A stretch of DNA of 64,000 nt from Heptranchias perlo (lineage: Eukaryota), in the NCBI RefSeq assembly GCF_035084215.1, contig NC_090349.1, positions 9,982,001 through 10,046,000 of the forward strand. Direction: 5' to 3'. Below are positions 38,562 through 51,364 of the stretch, piece after piece. The translations under genes were made by a program, and so were the position numbers. Positions within the stretch are counted from its first letter, which is position 1, and the number at the start of each line of letters is the position of its first letter. The notes beneath the pieces are model-generated. The model did no database searches. It was not told where the DNA came from and was given only the letters and a program-made list of their open reading frames with translations.

Positions 38562-39990
38562 CAGGAAACAAAAATAAATAAGTGAGGGATGTTCACTTCT
38601 TCATTACACAAATAAATCAATGTTTGCTTCCTTGCAATATTTTAAAATTCGGCGTCATGAAAAGCTTATGAGAACTTTATAACGGAAGCTCATTAGTGGC
38701 AATTCTACAACCACATGGACTCGTTATATAATATAAAGAACCTGAGATTTTGCTACTTGTCGTACATGTAATATAATTGGAAAAATATTTAAGGGAAAAG
38801 AATACAAACTCATTGTGCATAATATAAATCGAATTTAATCGCGTTCGTTAAACACATCACATATTTCTATCAATTTCTGCGGCATTTACTTTCCCGGTTA
38901 AAGTTTAAATTTGCATTCAGGACCTTTTCCACATCTAAGAACGAACGGGGTCAGAAAATAAGAACTAAAAAAAGTAACATCGGGCACAGAGTATCACAAT
39001 CAGAATATACTGGTTGGTCTAATAGGTTAACAGCTTTGTATGGTTAAAGGGTATGATGGGATGTTTAGCATGAAGGGCTACAGTAACGAAAGAAGTGTAG
39101 AAACGTTAGGTTTTCATTCGCTTTGATTCGGTGGAAGACTGAGAACATCCGTTGCGAAATAATGAAAAATATCGTAACGCTACAGAAGTCAGAACTGATA
39201 TCGACAAATTATCAATTCATTCCGTTTGATGGAGTCTTATTCATGCTGTAAATTAGTTTGTTTGGACACTGCAGGCCACACCTAAGCAACAGGAGGTGTC
39301 TGTTAAAACAACTGAGGAAGTATCAAAGAGTTTATGTAAAGAATTATGTTCGGTGTCAAATCTTGTTTGATAATCGCTCTTGTGAAGCGCCTTGGGATGT
39401 TTTACTACGTTAAAGGCGCCATATCAATAAATTTGTTGTTGTTTAAGTTGTTATTATTCTGGTCGAATGTGTGATATTTATAATCGCAGCAATGTCTGAT
39501 CATTACTGATTTAGTGAACGTGAAGTATATGCGGTGGAACATTGTCACATATTGGTGCAGTAGGATATGACACACAAGGATCCAATAACAACAGTCTTCG
39601 AGTTAATAGGGTCGAAACGAGTCACCTGACGTTGCTTTGAAATTGTCCTTTTGAAGTATAAATTAATGAGGTTGAGAACGATTGGACAGTCAAGATTGTG
39701 AATTGCCTGTGCGGTGTCGGCTAGCATATAGCTAATGGATTTTCTACTTGTGAGTATATAGAGGTATGACTTGCATGTACGACTCAGTGTGTTGTCATTA
39801 ATTAACAGCTATAAGATAAACGAATGACTTATAGGTTCTCTGTTCTGTTTATTAAATAAAAGATAGGGTTCAGGAGATAGAGTACTAGTACTGATATGAT
39901 ATAAAATCTAACAGAGAGGTATACCTGGAACAACCTCTGGGATTCCACCATTCCACCATAAATTTGGCGGCAGCTCCGTGGCAACCCAAT

Positions 39991-40120
39991 GGTGAAATTG
40001 GTCTTCGACAATAACGTAAAACAGGACAAAGCAAATCCTCGGTCCATTTCAGCAGAGTATAAACGTGAGCTACCGGTCGCTATCGCCTTTTCTGCGCTAC
40101 GGCCCAAGGCTAATTTCACC
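39991..40120. mobile_element. MITE, about 130 bp
   Basis: Terminal inverted repeats ggtgaaattggtctt / aaggctaatttcacc. Confidence 0.6.
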
Positions 40121-40499
40121 CCCTCCTTTTACAAGCGGGGGCTCTGCAGGACGTCAACCAAAGTATATGCCGTGGAATGAGATGAACACTGGGAAATTCC
40201 TGGTGGTGGTTGCATCGCGGTTTCCTGGGTCAGTTCATTGCATATGCATTGCAGTATTCATTGGTGTAAATCGAGCGCCAAACGGGTGTAAGGTGCTGGA
40301 GTGCAAGGAAATTAGAGTGCAGCATTTGAAAAAGATGGTTGAAAATATACACTGCAGCATCATTCTGGAGGACAACCAGGTAAGGAAGGAGCAGTGATTG
40401 ACTGAGTCTTTGACTCTCACATAACTTCAGTGCAAGTCTCCTCATCATTTACTATACATTTCAAGAATTATGTCGACAGCAGGATTATTTGCACCAAGC

Positions 40500-42340
40500 A
40501 GCCAATAAAGTCAGCAAGACATGGCATTCAGGTAAAAAGAACAACATAACATTTCTGACTGGGACCTCCAAATCCTCCTCAATGAAACTAAATTACGCAG
40601 GCAGAGTGACGTGGGTGTCTGTACCGGCAAGCCTGTCAACAATATCCATACCAGCAAGCCTGCCACAAATGTCACGTGCGCCACCTGGAGGGGAGATACA
40701 CTGGCACTATGAGCCAACTCCCTCATTCCCTGGATTGCCGAATAGTTCCAGAAGATGTTCACAAACATCACCAGGGGAGGCAAGGTAACAAACGACATAT
40801 TGCTCGTTATCTTTGTTACCCACCCTGGGCACCAGCACACTCTTCGCCCACTTAAAGCGACATTTAGCCAACTAACTCTTCATAATGCACTCTGGTTAAG
40901 AGGCGATCCAACTCAGGACCTTGTACTATGGATACCCAACTGCCCTAACAGTAATTACTTACATGCATAACCACTAAAACATTTTCTGACTCTCAGCTTG
41001 CACCAAGAAGCATTAGAATAGGTGAAAGAAAGAAATTTGTAGGCGCTTTGCTGGAGGAGCGGTTTAGGAAAGAAAAGTTGGCTTGTGTTCACTTTGGACT
41101 TCGTAGTAATAAAATATATTGTGCACTAGCATTACACTTTGTTGTTCATGCTGTAGTGGGTAGTGGATTGAGGGAATTTGTCTTTATTGGAAAGGTTGCG
41201 GGGAGAAGGAGGTAAGATGGTGGTGTCAAATGCAGGCTGTGTTAAATAGAAGGGAAGACTTGAGTGAAGTTTGCGGTCTGATGCAGCAACACCGAGGAGT
41301 CCCCTGAATGTTCGTCATTATGATACTCTACACCATGTAGTTCTGGATCCAGGGGAACCAATGTCTCCTCACCAAGAGTGTCAAAATCCGAGTCTTTTGA
41401 ATGACGTTGTGAAGGGTACAGCAGACTATACCTGTTAGTCCCGTGTGATCTGGATCATACTGCAAAGTTCCTTCCAATCTTGCCAGGTAGCGAAAGCGTG
41501 CTTATAAGGCCATGATGGTCCTACCAATAACCAATCTTTAGAGGCATTTGCCTCTTTGTGATGCGCCTCTGTTGTTTTCGGGCCACTCTTACTGGGAAGA
41601 TAATCCATGGGAGCAGGAGGTCGGCGTTGGCACGCAGAAGCCATTCATTGATGTGAATTTTCACCCTCTAGAGGTCAGAGAGGGCCGAACTTTGCAGTGG
41701 GATGGTCTTACGACAACTTCCAGCATATTGCGTGTTGACATGAAGAATTCCCTGCATGTTGTGGCACACGATCTGTACATTCAAGGACTGGAAGCGTCTC
41801 CTGTTGATGTAGTTCAATGGGTGTTCTGTGGGATTTGGAAAGAATCATAGGTGCCATCGATTGCAGCCTTTGCGGAAAGCAAAACCCCTGATCTTACTCT
41901 TATCTTACTCCTGCCTTACTGTGATGCAAAAACTAATGAATTTGCCTGCTCTCCCGTAAAGGACATCAACAACATAATGAATGCACGGTTCTCACGGCTG
42001 ATATTGCAGAGATCGCACATTGGTGCCTCGAATTACCTTGTGATATAAAAGTAGAGTGCGGTGACTACCTGCATAGCCCCTGAGAGAGCTGTGTGGGCAG
42101 GTGTGCGTGGCAGTAAGTAACAGAGCTGCCCTATTGACCCTATGGTAAAGAACATTCTTCTCATTCACGACTCCTCATATGGGATAATATCTGGTACGCT
42201 GCACCCTTGTTAAATGCTGTCTGAGGCTTCTTTGATAATTGCAATCGAGGGTATGTCTATAAGGAATGTCATCCCTATTGGGGCGTGAGACTGAGAGGGT
42301 GACCTTGTCTTAATTGACTCAGAATGACACTGACGGAAAT
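40500..42340. mobile_element. Harbinger remnant: Myb ORF (+, 40540-40790) and transposase (-, 41250-42240)
   Basis: ISDWDLQILLNETKLRR...ANSLIPWIAE*FQKMFTNITR; on the - strand AAIDGTY, SLNVQIVCH, CCTLHNVIQ. Confidence 0.75.
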
Positions 42341-42809
42341 TCCAGTTCACTATGATTCATTGAAGACGAGAATTTACCTTCTGCACTTTACACCAGTGCT
42401 CGTTCTGTGTTCGCAGGGAGCAACGAGAGAGATTTCCAACAGGGACCGATCTTTAATGATCTAAACCTTAAATAACGACATCAGTGGACCTCACAAATAG
42501 GGCTTGATGATATTCCTTAGATTTTCGACAAACACGAGCGATTTTAACCCTGATACCCATTCGTTGTGCAGCTGGTGGGTCCGACACTCGATCATCTTGA
42601 CAGTTGCGTTCAATGCGTTTTGACGAATTGGAACTGAATGGATCCATTCTATTTTGGCAGGTCTGGAAATAGAATGGCAGGATTTATTGCTTGCTGACTC
42701 ATATTTTATCAGACATTACTGCGGGAGTATTTAACATTTTCCTCTGCGCAGAAGCGCGATATCTTTACACAAACACGTAGGGTTACCATCAGTCCTGTGG
42801 TAATAAATC

Positions 42810-43365
42810 TGTAGTTAGGCCCCAGCTGAAGTCTTGTATCCAATTCTGGACACCACATTTTAGGAAGGATGTTAAGGACTTGGAGAGGGTATAGAGGACA
42901 TTCAGCAAAATGATACCAGAAATGAGGGACTTCAATTCTGTGAAGACACTAGAGATGCTGGGATTGTTCTCCTGAGAGCAGAGAAGGTTAAGCGGAGATT
43001 TAATCGAGGTGTTCAAAACTATGAAGGGTTTTGATAGATTAAATAAAGAGATATTCTTTCCACTGACAGGAGTCACGGAGGACACGGATTTAAGGTAATT
43101 GACAAAAGAACCCGAGGAGAGATGAGGAGATTTTTTTTACGCAGCGAGTTGTTATGAATTGGAATTCACTGCCTGAAAGGGTGCTGGAACCGAATTCAAC
43201 AGGTAATTTAAGAAGTTAAGTGGAAGTATACTTGCTAATAGAAAATGTGCAGGGCTATGGGGAAAGAGCAAGAGAGTGGAACTAATTGGATAGTTATTTC
43301 AAAGAACCGGTACAGGCACAATGGGCCGAATGGCCCCCTTCTGTGCTGTATGAATCATGATTCTA
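42810..43365 (+). mobile_element. CR1 3' fragment
   Basis: gagcagagaaggttaagcggagatttaatcgagg followed by 3' UTR. Confidence 0.85.
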
Positions 43366-43489
43366 CGTTTCTCTAGAACACAGACAGATTGTATCAAGGA
43401 ATATGAAGGGAATCTAATTTATTTATGCTGGAAATTATATTGACACAGGGATCCAAGGAGCGAAAAATGTTCCTCGCTCTGTTAAATTT

Positions 43490-44085
43490 TTATTGTCATT
43501 TGATCTCGGGATGTGGGCAAAAATGGCAAGGCAGAACATATTGCTCATCACTACATGCCCAGAGAAGGTGGTGGAGGGCCTTCTCCTTGAAGTTTTGCTG
43601 TCCTTGTGATTATGGTGCTCACATGTTGGGTTGGGTATGGAACCCCAGGTGAATTACCCAGCGATGATGAAAGAGCAGCGATATATGTCGAAGTTAGGAT
43701 AGCATGTGATTTGGAGGGGTACCTGGAGGTGATGGTGTTCGCACAACATTGTTGCTTTGCTCCTTTTCGGTTTAAATGTGGTATGGAGGGCAAGTGCCAT
43801 CAAATCAACCTTGGTAATTTGCTGCAGTGCATTCTGCAAGTCCTATATATTGCCGTTACAGTGCGCCAAAGATGAGGTAGATAATGGGTACAATGGCAGG
43901 AGCCCGGTTCAAAATGTTGAGTGGTGTTGAAGTACTTGAGTGTTGTTGGGGCTGCACACATCCAGACAAATGATGCGTATTCCATCACACTGTTCACTTG
44001 ACTTCATAGATGGTCGAGAGGCTTTCTGGAGTCATGAGGTGTGTCACTCAACAAAGAGAACCTAACCTCTGCCCTGCTCTGCCCC
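43490..44085 (-). mobile_element. LINE 3' fragment (same family as 55223-56132)
   Basis: SVMEYASFVWMCAAPTTLK and RMHCSKLPRL; related 3' tail. Confidence 0.75.
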
Positions 44086-45344
44086 GGTTTTGCTACGACT
44101 GTTTCAGTTAATCTTCCTCTGGTCACTGTGTAATGCCATCACCTAAATATTGGTGAAGATTTGCTCGAGTTTGTCTCGTGAACGTAGAAGCACATGAAAA
44201 GTTCTTTTAGAAGGTTTACGAGTTCATTAGCAATACTGAATGGGAGAATCTTCACCAATGCATTTACAATGTCCCACAAACCGTGATCAGAACAATTCTT
44301 AACGCCTGTGCAACTAGTTGGCTATCATTACAGATAGGGCGGGGGTCACTTGTTGATTGATGCTCACTAGTTTAGGGATCCAATCCTTTTGACTTTATCA
44401 AACCGCAGAACCGCTGTACATTAGGCCTCAGCGCGTCACCCCATGGTATAACTCGATATTTTCTATACTTCAATGTCAAATATGTAATCAATTGACAAAA
44501 TCAATCAATGGATATTTTAGCACAATCGTTCGTGCGGATGAGGATGGTGAGCGCGCTGTGGTTTGATCCATTTGTATCAGAATCCGGTTATTCTATTTTG
44601 TATTTTTATCCTTGCTAACCCAAGCACACATTTATTTATCCTATTCAGTCATTTCACATCGTGTTCACGCTGTGCGGTAATCCGGGAAGAGAGGAGACTT
44701 TAGGTGCATTTCTGTGGCCCTGTTCGGTGGCCAGTTGAAAGAAAAACTGAGCTGGGACATTGCAGTCTTCGATGTTCAGACCGCTGCTTGTTACCTTTTT
44801 ATATTTTACACAAGATGTACTGCTTGTGTTCAGTGTCAATGAGCACTCTCATCAGCGAACTACCCTCCTCTAGCAAACAGAGTACGTTTTTATCTGCCCA
44901 ATATTTAAATGAAAATAATATGCCCCTGGATTGAACTAAAACTCTTGTACTCTGGTTGAGTGTATTTTAAAATGTGTTATCCAGCTCCATTTCTAAGTAG
45001 TTTGAAGACACCATTTGCAGTTTCGTTAAATATGCTCCATGGCGACACTGTTGGTCTGAGAAGGTACGTCTCTTTCAAAAGGATTCTGACAGCAGTGATT
45101 GGAACCAAAATTGTTCGTTGTCCTACTGCATATGGGGCATGCAGCTAATTGAAAGAAAATAAAATCTATTGTAAGCCTTATCGGTTTATCTTAGGTGGGA
45201 AGGGAATAACTGTGTCCAACGAGGAATTGTGATCTGAGACAAACTCTCAAGCTTCGTGTTTTCAGCACATCTGAAGTCAGATAAATATTAATTCTTGGAA
45301 TGAGTGCAATGTGATGGCATCGTGTTATTGAAATAGTTTATCTC

Positions 45345-46690
45345 TACATAGAATTACAGAGAATCTGTAGCACAGAAACAAGCCATTCGGCCCAACCGGT
45401 CTATGCCGTGTTCATACTCTACACGAGCCTCCCTCCACTCTAATTACCACTTCCCACCTTAATTCCTTATCTCTCTATCCCTTTCTGCCTCATATATGCA
45501 ACAAGCCTCCCCAAAAACATACCAGTGCTGTCCGCGAAAACCACTTCAGCGAGTTCAACATTCTCATCAACCTCTGTGTAAATAAATTCTTCCCAATAGA
45601 AACATAGCAACATGAGTTGGCCATTCAGCCACTCCAGCATTCAATTTGATTAAGGCTGATCTTTACCTCACCTCCATTTACCCGCCTTTTTTCCATATCA
45701 CTTGATGACCTTATCTAACAATAATCTATTCATCTCAGTCTTGAAAGTTTGAACTCACAAAGCATCCACAGTATATTGGGGGAAAGAGTTCCAGATTTCC
45801 ACTTCCCCTTTGTGTGAAAAAGTGCTTCCTGACTTTACTCCTAAATGGCCTAGCTCTAATCTTAAAATTATGCCCTTTTGTTTTGGATTCTCCGACTAGA
45901 GGAAATACTTTATCTGTATCTACCCTATCGAATCCATTCATCATTTTCAATACCTATATTAGATCACCCTTCAATCTTCTAAACTCAAGGGAATACAAGC
46001 CAGGTTTATGCAACCTGTTCCCATAAATTGATGCTTTACGTTTTGGTATCATTCTGGTGAATCTATGCTGAACACCTTCCAAGGCTAATATATCCTTCCT
46101 GAGGTTTGGTGCCCAAAAACTGATTGCGGTACACCAGATGGGGTCATACCAAGGCTCTGTACAATTGAAACATCACTTCCTCACTTTTGAATCCCAATCC
46201 ACTTGAGAAAAATCCCTGCATGCTAGTTGCCTTTTTGATTCCTTTTGGTAGCTGTGCGCTATCTTTTACTGATTTGTGTACGTGTACACCTAACTTGCTG
46301 TGCTTCCTAACTTAATCTTATCTACAAACTTGGATATTGAACTCTATATTCCTACATGCCAGTCATTAATATACATAATGCAAAGCTGAGACCCGAATAC
46401 AGATCCCAGGGGAACAACATTTGTCACAGCCCGCCACTGAGAGAACAGATCCTTTATCCCTACTCTCTGTCTCCTACCTCACAATCAATTGCCAGCTCTT
46501 ATCTCCAAATAAATTCTATTAATGCGCACAGTACTCCAAGTGTGATTGAACCGAGGTTCTATATAAATTTAACAATACCTCTGCTTTTGTATTCTGTTCC
46601 TCTAGAAATGAACCTCAGTACTTCGTTTGCAGTCTTTATGACCATAACTGCTTGTTGCTACTTTTAGCGGTTTATGCATCTGTATTCCCA
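45345..46690 (-). mobile_element. CR1 fragments
   Basis: KMMNGFDRVDTDKVFPLVGESKTKGHNFKIRARPF; two tails near 45350 and 45600. Confidence 0.8.
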
Positions 46691-47324
46691 AATCAGTCTG
46701 AACTAAAAAGATTATGTACTAAAGGGATACCGAGTGTGTGATTAGTGTGGAGGTGAATTTTAAAAGCGCGACTCTTATCTGGGCTGGTTCCAGCCAAAGG
46801 AGTCGTTGAATCTGTAGTTATGACGGTTTGAGTTGCGGTTAAAAGTACCTGCTTCAATATCACGATTAATTAAGGAATCGGATCGTTTTGAATAAATTGT
46901 GCAATGCTCAGAAACTGTACCGCGGTAGATCCGGCATGTCCAAAAGGGAGGCGGTCACAGAGTTCGCCCTGAATTTGTGTAACGAGATGATTTAGAAGAG
47001 CTTACACTATGTGTTTTGAATTGTTGTAATAAGCACACAAACAAACGGTTCAGTTCCTTCCCCACACGGATAAAATTCAGATAGGTCTACTTTCAAAATA
47101 TAGTGTACGATTTCTTTCACGAAATGTCAAATTACAGTCACCCATGTTGCCGGTAATCTCACTATTCAGGCTGATTTCACTGACTTTACATACAATGTGC
47201 AGAGTGTTACGGAGAATAAAATCGTTCAGTCAAATTTAGAAAGTTACTATGGATTGATAGAGAGATATCGCACAGCAAAGAGCAATAGCACCTGAGATAA
47301 TGGAAGAGTCATTTTATTACTAAA

Positions 47325-47875
47325 TCTTTATAAAAAAAAATGTTAGGCCCCAGCTGGTATATTGTGTCCAATTCTGGGCACCACAATTTAGGAAGAATGC
47401 CAGGGTCTTAGAGAGGGGGCAGAGGAGATTTACTAGAATGATACCATGCATGAAAGACATCAGCTTCGTGGGGAGACTAGAAAATCTGGGGTTGTTCTCC
47501 TTGGAGCAGAGAAGGTTAAGGGGAGATTTGATAGAGGTGTTGAAAATCATGAAGGGTTTTGATAGAGTTAATAAGGAGAAACTGTTTCCAGAGGTCACAG
47601 ATTTTATGTAATTGTTAAAGAACCAGCGGCGACAGGATGGAAAATGTTTACGTACGGAGTTGTTGTCATCTGGAATGCACTGCCTGAAAGAGCAGTCGAA
47701 GCGGATTCAATAGTAACTTTCAAAAGGGAATTGGATGCATACTTGAATTTGAAAAAAATTTCAGGGCTATGGGGAAAGAGCAGGTGAGTGGGGCTAATTG
47801 GATAAGTCTTTCGAAGAGCCGGCACAAGCACGATGGACAGAATGGCCTCCTTCTGTGCTGTAACTTTCTATGATT
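47325..47875 (+). mobile_element. CR1 3' fragment inserted just downstream of the cluster B C exon
   Basis: LEQRRLRGDLIEVLKIMKG; empty site visible at about 38035 in the paralog. Confidence 0.88.
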
Positions 47876-48034
47876 ACATGATTGCACGGCGGAATTTATA
47901 ACAATGAAGCTCTGATCAATTCAATGTGAACACACTGTAAAATGTAGCCAGCGGGTTTCAGTGGAAAAACTGCACATCTGTTGTGATTTGAAATGTTCCA
48001 ATTAAAATCAAACATCTGATATCTGAATATGTAA

Positions 48035-48040
48035 TTTATT
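48035..48040 (-). terminator. Polyadenylation signal AATAAA, cluster B
   Basis: tttatt on +, same position as in cluster A. Confidence 0.75.
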
Positions 48041-48082
48041 TTTAAAGAAAATTTAATCATGGTATAACAGAAGGTTTTTGAA

Positions 48083-48405
48083 TTAGACACAGCTGGATCT
48101 CGCGATACTTGTTTGAAGCGGGTTTGTCTGAGTTTCGTGTTTAACCACGCAGGTGTAAAGCTCGTGTGAGTTCCAGTCTGAGGCTGCCAGAGTCAGATAA
48201 CTGCTCGCACTGAACGTGTTGTCCGTCTCCTGCTGGACCCGACTTGTCTCAACACCATTCCCTCTAACACTGCCATCCACAGTCCACTCAATCTCCACAG
48301 CACCCGGGTTAAAACCGTTCACCAAACACACCAGGGTCGCCGTGTTCTTTTCAGTGATTTGATCCGTTGAAGGTGGAAGGACGGACACCGACGGGCCCCG
48401 TGGAT
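48083..48405 (-). CDS. IGLC: Ig lambda-like light-chain constant exon, cluster B
   Basis: tttcag|AT; (N)PRGPSVSVLPPSTDQITEKNTATLVCLVNGFNPG...YTCVVKHETQTNPLQTSIARSSCV*; 323 nt, intact. Confidence 0.97.
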
Positions 48406-50661
48406 CTGAAACGTAAAAACAAATGAAGGAAGATCCATTCTTAATTGACATAAAATTCGGAATCAATGTTTTACTTTCTTCATGTCTTTTACAATTCGGC
48501 GTCACTTTACAAACGTTTGCGGAATTTAATACAACGAAATCGCATTAATGCCAATTTTATAATGACATATAAGAATGTGGAAGCCGGTCTGTCACAATCT
48601 CCTATCTCTTTCAATGACCGTTCGCACTGACCATCTGTTACAGGCAACAGCTGCCAAAGACAACCCTGTGATAAAATAGTTTAAGTAGTGAAAGGCACCG
48701 AAGAAAATGCTGAAACGTTAATAATTTTTTCAATCGTCGAATTAGGTTTCAGAGGTTGAACCGTTATAATATTTCTGGTATTGAGGTGGGGGTGGGGGGA
48801 GGGGCGGGCATTCAGCTACAGCGGCGCGTCTCACCAATACCAGGTTTGCCCGGTTCGGTTTAACAATCTATTGCCATTCTGAGATGTTCGCCTTGGCAAT
48901 TACAACTTCGCCTTGCTTTCTTTACATTTTAAGTTGGAGGCTGAAACTGCGAGGAGTCCAGACAAGAGGAATCAACCCCTATTTTCACAGTTGATATGAT
49001 CTCCCTGCAGCATCCGGAGTTTAGCTGAACTTTCTGGTCCTGAAATATTCGCAGACCGCTGGGATTATTGAGTGGGTTTTAGTTTCAGTTTAAATTATTG
49101 TCTAAACGCAAAGACTTTGACAGTGGACTCCCTTTACAATGGTTTGGAATGGAATTTTCTCCAAATATAAATTCTTATTGGAACAACTGATAATATAATG
49201 GAAGGTGTTTTTCTGTTTTATATCTCGTTAGCCCATTCCACCGTTATGTCGCCGTATTACCAAATTCAAATAGCGATAGAGTATCCGCATTTCCTGTTTT
49301 ATTCCTCCACTCGCTGACACTAATCACAGAACCAGCAGCAAAGCGCAATGGAGTGAATATAAAAGCAGGTACAAAAATCGGGAATCTTATTCGAAGATAT
49401 TCACACAAAATTGATCGGATGACGAGACAATCAGACCGTGACTTGTTATAAATTAGACATCCTGCCAATCATTGATGTTTGTTACTGTATGCAGAAAATC
49501 GATCAGATTTGAAGATTATTACCAGCTGAACTGAGCGCAACAGTATAATTACTACATCATCCGGGATTAATACGAAATGAAGGATTGAGAATCTTGTAGT
49601 GAACGGTTTCGCTGAGTTTGGAGACGAGTGGAGGTGAGTTCCAGCAAGTCGCCGCACGATCCTCCAGCAGTCTCAATCCGCGTGCAGTGATTACATCGCG
49701 ACAGCGGTTTAATGATAATGCAAACGGAATCGCGCGAAACTTTTGAATTTGTGCTTTTATCCTTTTACCACCAATTAATTCCAGCGGGGCGATATGGACC
49801 GGGTGTAAACCAGTCTTAAAGACTATGTGGGACAGATAGCATCAGAGAATTGTACAGCTGAGAAGGAGGTCGATCGCGCCCGCCCCAGTTCTTTGAAAGA
49901 ATTGTCCACATAGTCCATTTCCCAGACATTTTATGTCGGGTTTCAAAGGTTTATCTACTTCTCGTTTAAACGCTGCCGTGGATTCTGCTCGCATCCCTCT
50001 TACAGGTCGGACACTACATGTCCTAACAATCCTTGGGTAAAGAAGATATCCTATCCTCACCCTTCGTAGCTCTGGTAATGATGTTAAATTATTCTCCTCT
50101 GATTACCGACTGAAGGTTTAGTGAAAATAGTTCTTTTTAATTTTTAGTAGCAAAATGGCTCATAATTCCAAACATTTCAGCAGATCACATTGTGAGCTTC
50201 TTGTGAAAAGAGCTTCTATTGTCTCCTCTCATAACGAAAACCTCTCAGTACTGGTATCATCTGAATAAATGTGTTCTGTACCCTCTCCAAGAACTTGACA
50301 CGCTCCCTGAAGTCGGGCGCCCTTAGTACCTGGCTATCTCCTAAATATCACTGGACACTGGTTCACAAGCTCCGTATCAATATATTTTAAGGGCAAGAAT
50401 CTTGACTTGCACTAACTCAATCTGCCAAACAAATGATGTTAAGAGATTTTTTGGTATTTCGTCCGTAATGATGCAAATGTCAGGAGAGAATTTGTGCGCG
50501 CTTTGGAAAGCCAATAGAAAAACATAGGATTGTCGCTGTAATCACCACGAGAAACTCGGACACTGATATCTTTTGGATCCAAGGAATTGCGACGAAAAAA
50601 ACTAAACCAAAAATCGAAAACTGGTAGCTGACAAGTTGCACAATTCGAATAATTTACTTAC

Positions 50662-50991
50662 TGCCCAGATTCAGCTTGGTTCCTCCTCCGAAGGTCCTGC
50701 TCACAAGACAGTAATAATCGGCGACGTCCTCCGATTGCACATTGGTGATGGTTAAATGCAATTTGTTATTCGATGATTCCACAGACCCGGTGAATCGATC
50801 TGGAATTCCCGAAGCTGTACCGGAGCTTTCGTCCCAGACAAGTACAGGGGCACTCCTGGGTTTCTGCCAGTACCAGCTCGTGTAGTAGCTGCTGATATCG
50901 TCTCCGGACAGGGTACAGGTGATCTTGACGGTTTTCCCCGTGGAGGTTGAGATGGACCCGGGCTGAGTCAGGACAAAATCCGCGTTTGTAC
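50662..50991 (-). CDS. IGLV: Germline-joined V-J exon, cluster B (not in the ORF track)
   Basis: 330 nt, in frame: TNA-DFVLTQPGSISTSTGKTVKITCTLSGDDISSYYTSWYWQKPRSAPVLVWDESSGTASGIPDRFTGSVESSNNKLHLTITNVQSEDVADYYC-LVSRT-FGGGTKLNLG; ag and gtaagt splice sites. Confidence 0.96.
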
Positions 50992-51125
50992 CTGGTGAAA
51001 TAACAAGTTATTGATCCGTCACATTCTGTGAAATTCTGAACGTTCAGATCGGTTCAACACAACAACAACGAAAAATCAGGGTGATTTAAAAAGCAGCGAT
51101 ATTGAAGGTTAAGTCCTGGACTTAC

Positions 51126-51174
51126 TGTAGAGACAGAGCATCAGTGCGGCGAGAACTCGAATCGACTCAATCAT
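51126..51174 (-). CDS. IGLV: Leader exon, cluster B
   Basis: ttcaccATG MIESIRVLAALMLCLY + A|gtaagt; 49 nt. Confidence 0.95.
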
Positions 51175-51269
51175 GGTGAAGGTTTCGGTGACGGTCAGAA
51201 GCAAAATGTTTCCTGTCACGAATGTGGTTCTGAGGTCTTTCTAAACCTCTCTTAAGAAGTTTCAAACGT

Positions 51270-51364
51270 CGCAACGTCACTGAGTATTAGTTATTCATGC
51301 AAATCTCCATCCACGTGACATCGGGCAATTGGATCATGGGTCCTGTGCTGACTGACATTTGCAC
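51270..51364 (-). promoter_or_regulatory. Ig V promoter, cluster B
   Basis: atgcaaat 51297-51304, atttgcac (7/8 match) 51357-51364, acgtca 51274-51279, E-box cacgtg 51312-51317. Confidence 0.87.
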
